Source of the DNA: an uncultured virus (IMG/VR IMGVR_UViG_3300025502_000013)
Lineage: Duplodnaviria > Heunggongvirae > Uroviricota > Caudoviricetes
IMG/VR virus record: IMGVR_UViG_3300025502_000013
DNA: 64,000 nt
Direction: 5' to 3' (one strand)
Below the pieces are notes generated by a model. The model saw only the letters and a program-made list of their open reading frames with translations. It was not told the DNA's origin and did no database searches. The translations under genes and the position numbers were made by a program. Shown in pieces: positions 1-7,516 of this stretch; positions within the stretch are counted from its first letter, which is position 1, and the number at the start of each line of letters is the position of its first letter.

Positions 1-2
1 AG

Positions 3-371
3 ATGCAGCACGACAAGGAGAACGAGAAGCCACTCAGGGAGAAGTACGACAAGGAGTTGGAGGCTTGGACTCAGAAGGTCAAGAAGTACGCTCTCACCAT
101 GCCCAAGCCTAAGGACATGGACATGGTTGGGGTTGGGGGAGGCTACTACCACCGTACTGGCTCGGGCAACCCTGAGGATATTACTGTTCAAATAGTCCTT
201 GCGGTTCCGGCTAATAAGGTTCCAGAACGCCCCGAGGCTCCTGACGCTGTTGCGGCTTGGCAGTACCGTGATGCGGTGGAGAACATTGAGAACGCGCTCC
301 GGTTGCTCCGTATGACCGACCAAGAAGAAATCAGCACGGGTACTTACAGCAAAATTGCTCAGTACCTCTAA
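3..371 (+). CDS. Hypothetical protein, probably 5'-truncated by the window edge
   Basis: ORF ends just before the first terminator/promoter unit. Confidence 0.75.
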   Translation: MQHDKENEKPLREKYDKELEAWTQKVKKYALTMPKPKDMDMVGVGGGYYHRTGSGNPEDITVQIVLAVPANKVPERPEAPDAVAAWQYRDAVENIENALRLLRMTDQEEISTGTYSKIAQYL

Positions 372-494
372 CGGCTGGACAGCCCCTCACTACGGTGGGG
401 GTTGTTCGCGTAAAAAATATCGGGCACGGTCTATACAATAAAGACATACCGACACCGAGTAAAAGGCTGGGTGCGGTCTACTGAGGAGGTAGTA

Positions 495-824
495 ATGATT
501 ATCGAGAGTGCGGTCAGGGATAGTTCCCTGGAGTTGTACCTGGACAATGCTCACGGCATTGCCTTTGACACCTGCCACAAGATTTATGTCTTGATGGACA
601 GCGAGCAGATGGGTCTGATGCGGGAGTATGAGTATGACCCTTTGATTTCTTCAGACGAGATGACACCTGCCGAGATGTACGAAACGGTGGCTGGCTGGTA
701 CGAGGAGTCTTGCCAACTGCGGTTTATCCAAGCCGTCACCACAGCCCCAGATAACCCCAACGAGGGCTATGTAGATATAGTTCCCCAGTTCCTACTGTTC
801 AACGAGGACGAGGACGAGGACTGA
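495..824 (+). CDS. Acidic hypothetical protein
   Basis: GAGGAGG RBS before ATG 495; fills one cassette. Confidence 0.85.
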   Translation: MIIESAVRDSSLELYLDNAHGIAFDTCHKIYVLMDSEQMGLMREYEYDPLISSDEMTPAEMYETVAGWYEESCQLRFIQAVTTAPDNPNEGYVDIVPQFLLFNEDEDED

Positions 825-918
825 TAAGGAGAGTGCCCCTCTACGGAGGGGTACTTTCCGTAAAAAGTGGCGTGGTGCGCCGATACAATAAAGACACGGA
901 CAGCAAAGGAGGACAATT

Positions 919-1101
919 ATGTCTGAAAAAGTGACGGTGGCACACCTGCCTACCTGTAACTTCTGTACCAACCTGGCAGGATATGACGCTAGGACGGTGT
1001 TAGGCGCGTGGGCTTACCTATGCGAGGAACATTTCTACCCCATGACCGAGGGACGGCTTGGGACTGGCTACGGTCAGAAACTAATCCTGGAGGAGGCATG
1101 A
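919..1101 (+). CDS. Small Cys/His (zinc-finger-like) protein
   Basis: AGGAGG RBS; CNFC and CEEH motifs. Confidence 0.85.
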   Translation: MSEKVTVAHLPTCNFCTNLAGYDARTVLGAWAYLCEEHFYPMTEGRLGTGYGQKLILEEA

Positions 1102-1244
1102 TGGCAATAGTAGTTAGGCGCTACGGCGTTACACCAACACGCGCCGGTCTGGTATCGACCTGCGTGGAGTGTGGGAGAGTATTCGACCTCACCGATGAAA
1201 CTGACGCTAACGAGTTAGCCTACGGACACGACTGCGAGGTGTGA
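1098..1244 (+). CDS. Small zinc-binding hypothetical protein
   Basis: GGAGGAGG RBS, ATGA overlap with the previous gene; CVEC and HDC motifs. Confidence 0.8.
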   Translation: MMAIVVRRYGVTPTRAGLVSTCVECGRVFDLTDETDANELAYGHDCEV

Positions 1245-1342
1245 GTGACACGGCACGCCCCCTCTCCGGAGGGGGTGCTGTCGTTGTCCCGTAAAAAATT
1301 GGGAGTAGTGGGAATAAAATAAAGGTATCAACGGGAGGAGGA

Positions 1343-1519
1343 ATGATGATATGTCAATACTGTAATGAGAACCCTGTCCGGGAAGGCTGGGCTATCACCT
1401 GCGCCGTGTGTACTTTCATGTGTACACGGTGCAAGGAGGACACACCCTACGAATTAGGAGTGTCCTGGGATAGGTACTGTGACCCCTGCGGTGTTGCGGT
1501 GGCTTCTGTCCCATTCTAA
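1343..1519 (+). CDS. 58-aa protein with four CxxC motifs (not in ORF track)
   Basis: GGAGGAGG RBS; translates MMICQYC...CAVC..CTRC...CDPC...; fills one cassette. Confidence 0.8.
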   Translation: MMICQYCNENPVREGWAITCAVCTFMCTRCKEDTPYELGVSWDRYCDPCGVAVASVPF

Positions 1520-1638
1520 GCGACTCCCCCTCTCCGGAGGGGGTTTCGCCGTTCCGTAAAAAACATGGAGGGGGGCTTATACAATAAAGACATGACGGGG
1601 GGACACTAGGGCTTTCCGCATAACCTGAGGAGGACACC

Positions 1639-1977
1639 ATGGGTGACCGTTCGAATATCGCGATTGTCTACCACACCGGAGAAACTATCTACCTGTACGG
1701 GCATTGGCTCGGGCATGAAAGTCAGAGGATTGTCGCACGCGCAATTTCTGAGGGCAGGCGAATGGAAGACGAGTCTTATTTCGCTCGGATTCTTTTTAGC
1801 AAAATGATTGCTGAGGACATTGCCGGCGAAACCGGCTTCGGTATCGCACCGTATGAGGTAGACCAGGACTACGGCAATCCCACAGTTACCGTGGATTTTC
1901 GTGACCACACGGTGATGCACGACAACTGGGATAACGCTGTCCCGTTCGCTGACTACCCCCGGCTAGTACTGGTATAG
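1639..1977 (+). CDS. Phage hypothetical protein (MGDRSNI...YLYGHW type)
   Basis: Strong RBS; fills one cassette. Confidence 0.85.
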   Translation: MGDRSNIAIVYHTGETIYLYGHWLGHESQRIVARAISEGRRMEDESYFARILFSKMIAEDIAGETGFGIAPYEVDQDYGNPTVTVDFRDHTVMHDNWDNAVPFADYPRLVLV

Positions 1978-2091
1978 CCTGACGGGAGCCCCTCACTTCG
2001 GTGAGGGGCTACCCCGTTCCGTAAAAAATTGGCTACGGCATGGATACAATAAAGACAACAGCAGGGGAAATACCCCTACGGGAGGAGAGTC

Positions 2092-2427
2092 ATGGATACG
2101 GCTACGGTAGTAGGATTGGTGGCTACTACACCACGATATGTAGAAACTATTGACGGGAAGCGTGTTTTATCTTTTCGTCTGGCGTGCCCTCAGAAGGGTT
2201 ACGACAGGGACACCGGCGAGTGGGTGCCTAAAGACACAAACTGGTACACGGTGCTGTGCTTTGACGATGTAGCAAGCGACTGTGTCGACAGGGTTGGCAA
2301 GGGGAGTCGGATTGTTGTAGTTGGTAATCTGATGAAAGTCACAGATTGGTCTGCTGACAGCCCCTCGGGTACTTCGGTAGAAATACACGCCCACACCCTG
2401 GGTAACCTGGGGAAGAACATATCCTAA
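2092..2427 (+). CDS. ssb: Single-stranded DNA-binding protein-like OB fold lacking the acidic C-terminal tail
   Basis: TVVGLVATTPR, SFRLA, YDRDTGEW, TNWYTV and KGSRIVVVGNL match actinobacterial SSB motifs. Confidence 0.8.
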   Translation: MDTATVVGLVATTPRYVETIDGKRVLSFRLACPQKGYDRDTGEWVPKDTNWYTVLCFDDVASDCVDRVGKGSRIVVVGNLMKVTDWSADSPSGTSVEIHAHTLGNLGKNIS

Positions 2428-2519
2428 CGGTAACCCCCTCTCCGGAGGGGGATTACCCGTCTCCGTAAAAAATCACACGGTGCTTCGGTACAATAAAGAT
2501 ATGGAAAGGAGGTCAGCAA

Positions 2520-2723
2520 ATGTCTGACATAAAATACCCTGAGGTGGAAGTAGAACTGGTAGGACAGGACGGCAACGCGTTCGCTGTTATGGCAAGAGTG
2601 AGCAAGGCTCTCCGCCGGGCTAGTGTGGCTCAGCAGGAGATTGACGAGTACCTCAAGGAATCTACCTCTGGGGACTACGACCACCTAGTGGCAACCGCCA
2701 CCCGGTGGGTTACGGTTCACTAA
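2520..2723 (+). CDS. Conserved small phage protein (LVGQDGNAF...SGDYDHL family)
   Basis: AAGGAGG RBS; motif recognised from phage hypothetical proteins. Confidence 0.85.
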   Translation: MSDIKYPEVEVELVGQDGNAFAVMARVSKALRRASVAQQEIDEYLKESTSGDYDHLVATATRWVTVH

Positions 2724-2851
2724 CCCCACACGGCACTAGCCCCTCTTCGGAGGGGTTATTGTCGTCCGTAAAAAATGCGGTGAGGACACCATACAATAAA
2801 GACATAGACAAGGAGGCACTAGAACTCTTTGCTATAACCTGAGGAGGAACT

Positions 2852-3073
2852 ATGTACGAGGTCGAGACCAGAATGGTCATAACCACACCACGGTGTCCCG
2901 AGTGCGGAGAGGCTGGCATTCTCCAAATCCCGGCAGACGGCTACGACCGCTGGGCAGAGGGTGCGCTTATTCAAGAAGCCTTTCCCAACCTTTCCCTAGC
3001 CCTTAGGGAACAACTGAAGACCGGCTATCACGGCGCTTGCTGGGATACGGCTTTTGGACCCGTCCCTTTTTAG
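2852..3073 (+). CDS. Small Cys/His hypothetical protein
   Basis: RBS; CPEC, LIQEAFPNLS...RE.LKTGYH..CWD. Confidence 0.85.
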   Translation: MYEVETRMVITTPRCPECGEAGILQIPADGYDRWAEGALIQEAFPNLSLALREQLKTGYHGACWDTAFGPVPF

Positions 3074-3202
3074 CCCCACACGGCAATTCCCCGGCTTAGG
3101 CTGGGGTTTTGTCGTCCCGTAAAAAATGAGGGAACACGGGAATATAATAAAGACATAGACACCAAGCAAAAGGCTTAGTGTCACTACCCTGGAGGAGTAC
3201 CT

Positions 3203-3478
3203 ATGAGTACACGGGCAAAGGTAAGGGCAAAAGTCCTTGCAGATGGTGGGACCTTTGAGGAGGGCTACACCGGCTGGGCAAGCGACACCTACTGGGTCGA
3301 GGTAACACTCTCCGATTCAGAAACGGTGTGGGCTTGTGAGGCGACAGAGTACGACAGCCTCTGGACCCTGAGGGTCGAGCAAGAGGATAGCGAAACTCGC
3401 GCTCAGATGTGGAGCTATGTCTGGGACAAGGTACGCTTTCCCGTAGTTCGCCGTGATAGCTTCTCACAAGCTGTCTAA
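3203..3478 (+). CDS. Hypothetical protein
   Basis: GGAGGAG RBS; fills one cassette. Confidence 0.8.
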   Translation: MSTRAKVRAKVLADGGTFEEGYTGWASDTYWVEVTLSDSETVWACEATEYDSLWTLRVEQEDSETRAQMWSYVWDKVRFPVVRRDSFSQAV

Positions 3479-3603
3479 CCCCCAAGCCCCTGTCAGAAAT
3501 GGCAGGGGTTCCTGGGGTGCCGTAAAAAAATTCTATCGAAGGTCGTACAATAAAGACAACGGCACACGGGGTACGCCTGTGAGCCACTACCTGAGGAGGC
3601 ACT

Positions 3604-3717
3604 ATGAGTGACAACCCTTTCGACAACCTGGACATTATCAACCAGGACGCGATTGACGCGATGGATGACGAAACCGTCAAGACGGTTTGGGAAATCCTTA
3701 CCAAAGCCGGCTACTAG
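3604..3717 (+). CDS. 37-aa acidic peptide (not in ORF track)
   Basis: GAGGAGG RBS; MSDNPFDNLDIINQDAIDAMDDETVKTVWEILTKAGY. Confidence 0.75.
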   Translation: MSDNPFDNLDIINQDAIDAMDDETVKTVWEILTKAGY

Positions 3718-3774
3718 GCGAGAGAGGGCGGGGAAACCCGCTCTCTCCCCCTACCCCAACAGAAAGAGGAAAGA

Positions 3775-4002
3775 ATGTTAGAAAGAATTACACGGGTAAA
3801 TTACTACTGGAAAGACACGGTAATCCCTGGAGATACTGACGCACAAGTAGTTATCCTGAACGATAGCGACAAGTACGAACAAATGTCTAATGATGGAAGT
3901 TTCGATGAGCGTATCTGGTTCTACTTTCAGAATGAAGATGAGTTCCAACGAGCCTTTGACCCCGCTAACACGGAGTTCGAGTTCGTCCTCACCGGAGGAT
4001 AG
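3775..4002 (+). CDS. Acidic hypothetical protein
   Basis: GAGGA RBS; ends before a terminator. Confidence 0.8.
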   Translation: MLERITRVNYYWKDTVIPGDTDAQVVILNDSDKYEQMSNDGSFDERIWFYFQNEDEFQRAFDPANTEFEFVLTGG

Positions 4003-4143
4003 GTTTTCCTCCCAGGGAAAAAGCACAAGCCCCGCCATTTCTGGCGGGGTTTTGTGTGTCCGTAAAAAGTTAGGGGACACGGGGATACAATAAAAACATC
4101 AGCACGGAACAAGCGGTGTTCTGTGTCTAACCCTGGAGGAACT

Positions 4144-4299
4144 ATGTATTACTTTGTTACGGTTATAGAAAAAGCCTCACGAGAGATTGTGGCGACTTAT
4201 CTTGACGCCTTTGAGTCTGACGCTCACGAGAGGGCTCAGACCATTGGAACCATTGAAGGCTACGCGGTGTTCATTACTAGTGGTGACCCACTCTCATAG
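4144..4299 (+). CDS. 51-aa hypothetical protein (not in ORF track)
   Basis: GGAGGA RBS; MYYFVTVIEKASREIVAT...; fills one cassette. Confidence 0.75.
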   Translation: MYYFVTVIEKASREIVATYLDAFESDAHERAQTIGTIEGYAVFITSGDPLS

Positions 4300-4425
4300 C
4301 AACTAGGGGAGCCCCAGCTTAGGCTGGGGTTTCTGCTGTCCGTAAAATTCGATCGACACGGACGATACAATAAAAGCACAGACAGGGACACAAGGTTTCT
4401 GTCCTAACCCTGGAGGATAGCAATT

Positions 4426-4614
4426 ATGCGTTCACACGATGGATTGGCAGAATGGGCTTTGGAACAAGCCACCACACGGGAGCAAATTGCTCACCACATC
4501 GAGCGTTTGCGCGATGATGCCCTGATGATTCACGACTACCCCGAGCAGGCTATCGCCTTTATCGAGGACGAACTCCGTGAGATTCGGGTGCTACTGGCTA
4601 GGGATTCAGACTAG
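4426..4614 (+). CDS. Hypothetical protein
   Basis: GGAGGA RBS; fills one cassette. Confidence 0.8.
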   Translation: MRSHDGLAEWALEQATTREQIAHHIERLRDDALMIHDYPEQAIAFIEDELREIRVLLARDSD

Positions 4615-4731
4615 CCAGACACGGAACCCCTCTCCGGAGGGGTTTCGGTCGTCCGTAAAAATCGATCGAAGGACGGAATACAATAAAAACATCAGCACGG
4701 AAATACCGGGCGATTGCTGGGAGGAGTGGCT

Positions 4732-4938
4732 ATGCCCACTTTGGTTGTCACGGACACCAACAAGATTGGTGTCGATGGTTTGGTGGAAAGGCTTGCCGAC
4801 CACATCATTATGGTAGTCGATAGGCGCGGGTATGGTGAGCAGGACAATGTCCACACCATCACGCTTGCCGACACCATTCGCAACACGGAGGCGCACGGGC
4901 TTGCCTGTCGCCTAGGGTTTCTCGCCCACATCGAGTAG
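4732..4938 (+). CDS. Hypothetical protein
   Basis: GGAGGAG RBS before ATG 4732. Confidence 0.8.
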   Translation: MPTLVVTDTNKIGVDGLVERLADHIIMVVDRRGYGEQDNVHTITLADTIRNTEAHGLACRLGFLAHIE

Positions 4939-5068
4939 CCCTGCCCATACTGTCCCCTCTCCGGAGGGGATAGTGTGCGTTTGCTGTCCGTAAAATTCGA
5001 TCGAAGCACGGAATATAATAAAGACACAAGCACACGGGAACCCCTGTGGCTTACCTGAGGAGGAACTA

Positions 5069-5152
5069 ATGAGTGAAAATATGTGTTCAGGCTGTGGCGA
5101 TATCTGCCGGGCAAGTGAATCAAAGTGCGGTATCTGTAGAGGGGGGTGGTGA
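5069..5152 (+). CDS. 27-aa Cys-rich peptide (not in ORF track)
   Basis: GAGGAGG RBS; MSENMCSGCGDICRASESKCGICRGGW. Confidence 0.65.
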   Translation: MSENMCSGCGDICRASESKCGICRGGW

Positions 5153-5155
5153 GAG

Positions 5156-5332
5156 ATGGGCATCACGGAAATGTTCCAACTGATTCGCCAAGTCTGGTCA
5201 GACTCTATGTCAGACAATGGCGCTATCTGGGAACGCTCTAACGCGGAACTACAGAATGCTAAGGCTAACTACCCCGACCTGTACGAAGAAGCCCTGGCTA
5301 TGGCATACGAGGCGAGTGTGAATCAACGATGA
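5156..5332 (+). CDS. 58-aa hypothetical protein (not in ORF track)
   Basis: Bridges the previous peptide and the 5329 ORF with an ATGA overlap. Confidence 0.7.
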   Translation: MGITEMFQLIRQVWSDSMSDNGAIWERSNAELQNAKANYPDLYEEALAMAYEASVNQR

Positions 5333-5532
5333 GCCAGACACCAGACACGGCTTATGGGGTAACGCTCAGTTTCACATTCCACGAGCCACGGAACAAGACA
5401 CGGGAAGAAGCCGAGCGCTTTATCAACGAGTATGTGAGCAGACTCGCCGAGAATGACGAGAGTGACCTACCCGAAGTCCGATGGGACGATGTGGAGTGGA
5501 ACATCGTGGAACTACTGCCAGAAGCACAGTAA
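5329..5532 (+). CDS. Acidic hypothetical protein
   Basis: Translational coupling; ends before a terminator. Confidence 0.8.
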   Translation: MSQTPDTAYGVTLSFTFHEPRNKTREEAERFINEYVSRLAENDESDLPEVRWDDVEWNIVELLPEAQ

Positions 5533-5661
5533 GCCACAAGCAAGCCCCTGGCGAGAGCCGGGGGTTTTGCTGTCCCGTAAAATTCGATCGAAGCACGGAA
5601 TATAATAAAGACATAGCACAAGGGCACAAGGTCCTAGTGCTCTAACCCTGAGGAGAAAGAA

Positions 5662-5982
5662 ATGCTGAAAGAGAAACTGACCACACTGCCGGAGTTGTAC
5701 AGCACGGACGAGACGAAGGGCGACCTGCCTGCTGTTTATGTGTTCACACCAGACGCTGGAGCGACCTGGGTGCTTTGGGAGTACAGCCCCGAAGAAGGAC
5801 TGGCGTTCGGGCTGTGCGACCTGGGCTTGGGCTTTCCCGAGATGGGATATGTCTCAGTCCCCGAGTTGGAATCACTACGCGGTAAGTTTGGCTTGCCTGT
5901 CGAGGTAGACACCAGCGTCACCACACGGTTCCAGGGCTACGAGAAGGCTGGAGTGTCGACCCCTGAGTACCTGATGGCTTGA
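5662..5982 (+). CDS. DUF2958-family protein
   Basis: FTPDAGATW and AFGLCDLGLGFPEMGYVS..ELE..RG..GLPVE.D signature. Confidence 0.85.
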   Translation: MLKEKLTTLPELYSTDETKGDLPAVYVFTPDAGATWVLWEYSPEEGLAFGLCDLGLGFPEMGYVSVPELESLRGKFGLPVEVDTSVTTRFQGYEKAGVSTPEYLMA

Positions 5983-6091
5983 GAGCCGTACCCCCCAGCC
6001 CCCACTCCGGTGAGGGTTGGGGCAGTGTGCTCGTAAAATTCGATCGAAGCACGGGTTATACTAAAAACATCACAAGGGAAAGGAGACAATA

Positions 6092-6244
6092 ATGTCTTAC
6101 ACTTACAAAATAGTGTTTGTGATAATCACCCTGGGAGTGGTACTCTCTTTCCACGACACCTACTGGCCTTGGGCTATGGTTCCTCTGGTGCTTTCGGCAC
6201 TGGTTGGCGCTATTGGGCTCAGGCTCGGGGGTCGAGGAAAATAA
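6092..6244 (+). CDS. 50-aa protein with two predicted membrane segments (not in ORF track)
   Basis: AAGGAG RBS; two hydrophobic stretches and a basic C-terminus. Confidence 0.75.
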   Translation: MSYTYKIVFVIITLGVVLSFHDTYWPWAMVPLVLSALVGAIGLRLGGRGK

Positions 6245-6386
6245 GTTTTCCTCCCAGGGGAAAAGGCAGACCCCCTACTTCGGTAGGGGGTTCTGTCATT
6301 CCGTAAAAAAGACATAGCACGGAGAATATAATAAAGACATAGACAGGGAGACAAAAGGGCTTTCTGCTATAACCTGGGAGGTCATT

Positions 6387-6596
6387 ATGGCTAAGCAGTT
6401 TCGAGTCCTCGCAAGCAAGTCGGGCTTCAAGACGTTCGACTTCACTTATGACGCACACGAGGAGTCATACGCTCGCAAGGTCGCTAACACACTGAGCGAT
6501 GAAAATTGGTCAGTGTGGTTTGAGACCCTCGATGACAAGCACCAGAGTGCGGTCATCAACGACCTAGACTTTGTCTTCGGCAAGACACAGTTCTAA
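6387..6596 (+). CDS. Hypothetical protein
   Basis: GGGAGG RBS; fills one cassette. Confidence 0.8.
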   Translation: MAKQFRVLASKSGFKTFDFTYDAHEESYARKVANTLSDENWSVWFETLDDKHQSAVINDLDFVFGKTQF

Positions 6597-6729
6597 GGCG
6601 CACGGCAGACCCCTGGCTTCGGCTAGGGGTTTTGTCGTTCCCCGTAAAATTCGATCAACACGACTTGTAGAATAGAGATATCACAGAGAGACACTAGGGC
6701 TTTCTGGATATCTGGGAAGGAAACAAATT

Positions 6730-6921
6730 ATGTATCAGGTAAAAATCTTTACACACAGAGATGCCTCGCTCTTCGCCGAGTCTGAGACGTTCCAGACTAG
6801 GGAGGAAGCCGATGCCTACGCCACGTCTGTTGGCACGGGAGAGGGCTACTGGACCGAGATTCACCACTCGCAGGCGGTGTGGAGCAACTTCACATCACAC
6901 GAGAGGCTTGCCCACCAGTAA
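6730..6921 (+). CDS. Hypothetical protein
   Basis: RBS; fills one cassette. Confidence 0.8.
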   Translation: MYQVKIFTHRDASLFAESETFQTREEADAYATSVGTGEGYWTEIHHSQAVWSNFTSHERLAHQ

Positions 6922-7044
6922 GCCCTCACCCCAGGACCCCACTTCGGTGGGGCTTCTGGCATTCCGTAAAATTCGATCGACCCTAGGAATACAATAAAGA
7001 CATAGACAGCAGGGAAATGCCCTGTGTCTACCTGGGAGGCACTA

Positions 7045-7266
7045 ATGGCTCACAACTACAAGGTCAATGGCTGGTTCGGTTCTACCACGGCAGGGTGGCG
7101 TATCGCCCTGGAGCCTGCTTTCTTCGAGGACATCGAGGAGGCACGGCTCTATGCCCAGGGACTCCACCTAGCCAATCAGGAGGCTAACACGGAAGCCTAC
7201 GAGGTCGAGGTCTTCAGACTTCGGGAGCGAGGTCTTGCTCTCCGAGTCCTGGAGTACAGCGCCTAG
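7045..7266 (+). CDS. Hypothetical protein
   Basis: GGGAGG RBS before ATG 7045. Confidence 0.8.
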   Translation: MAHNYKVNGWFGSTTAGWRIALEPAFFEDIEEARLYAQGLHLANQEANTEAYEVEVFRLRERGLALRVLEYSA

Positions 7267-7349
7267 GACTACCCCAGGGACCCCACTTCGGTGGGGTTTC
7301 TGGAGTTCTTGCGCCGTAAAAATCCCGGAGTGAGATTGGTACAATGGAA

Positions 7350-7440
7350 CCACACCACAAGGGAGCACAGGGCTCCTCGCGGAGCTCTCCACGAGAGCAA
7401 GCTCTAGCTCATCACCAGGACCCCACTTCGGTGGGGTTTC
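7350..7440 (+). ncRNA. Candidate ~90-nt small RNA from an ORF-less cassette
   Basis: Intact promoter at 7315-7345, two hairpins and a terminator at 7418-7440; no start codon between them. Confidence 0.45.
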
Positions 7441-7516
7441 TGGCGTTTATAGGTTTTTACGATAAAGGTGTGTAGGGTAGTGGCAACTAACTAATATTTA
7501 TTTCTAGGGGGGAATA

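Larger units (their letters stand above)
409..7345 (+). promoter_or_regulatory. 19 copies of a promoter motif CGTAAA-N19-(TACAAT/TATAAT/TAAAAT/TAGAAT/TATACT)
   Basis: Spacer counted as exactly 19 nt in all 19 copies; the downstream hexamer matches the sigma70-family -10 consensus and is usually followed by AAAGACA. Confidence 0.9.
381..7440 (+). repeat. Array of 19 repeated intergenic terminator-promoter units flanking small genes
   Basis: CGTAAA at 409, 859, 1290, 1555, 2020, 2464, 2767, 3118, 3521, 4061, 4341, 4654, 4989, 5576, 6032, 6302, 6643, 6965, 7315; each lies just downstream of a GC-rich hairpin. Confidence 0.95.
382..7440 (+). terminator. Series of about 20 hairpin terminators, e.g. 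CCCCTC-TCCG-GAGGGG and CCCCAC-TTCG-GTGGGG
   Basis: GC stems, mostly with cUUCGg/cUCCGg/cUACGg loops, placed right after stop codons; some are followed by short T runs. Confidence 0.85.

Noticed and set aside
381..7440. CRISPR array or integron attC cassette array
   Set aside because: Repeats are degenerate and separated mostly by hundreds of bp of coding sequence; no consistent RYYYAAC/GTTRRRY ends and no integrase seen; UNCG loops point to RNA hairpins
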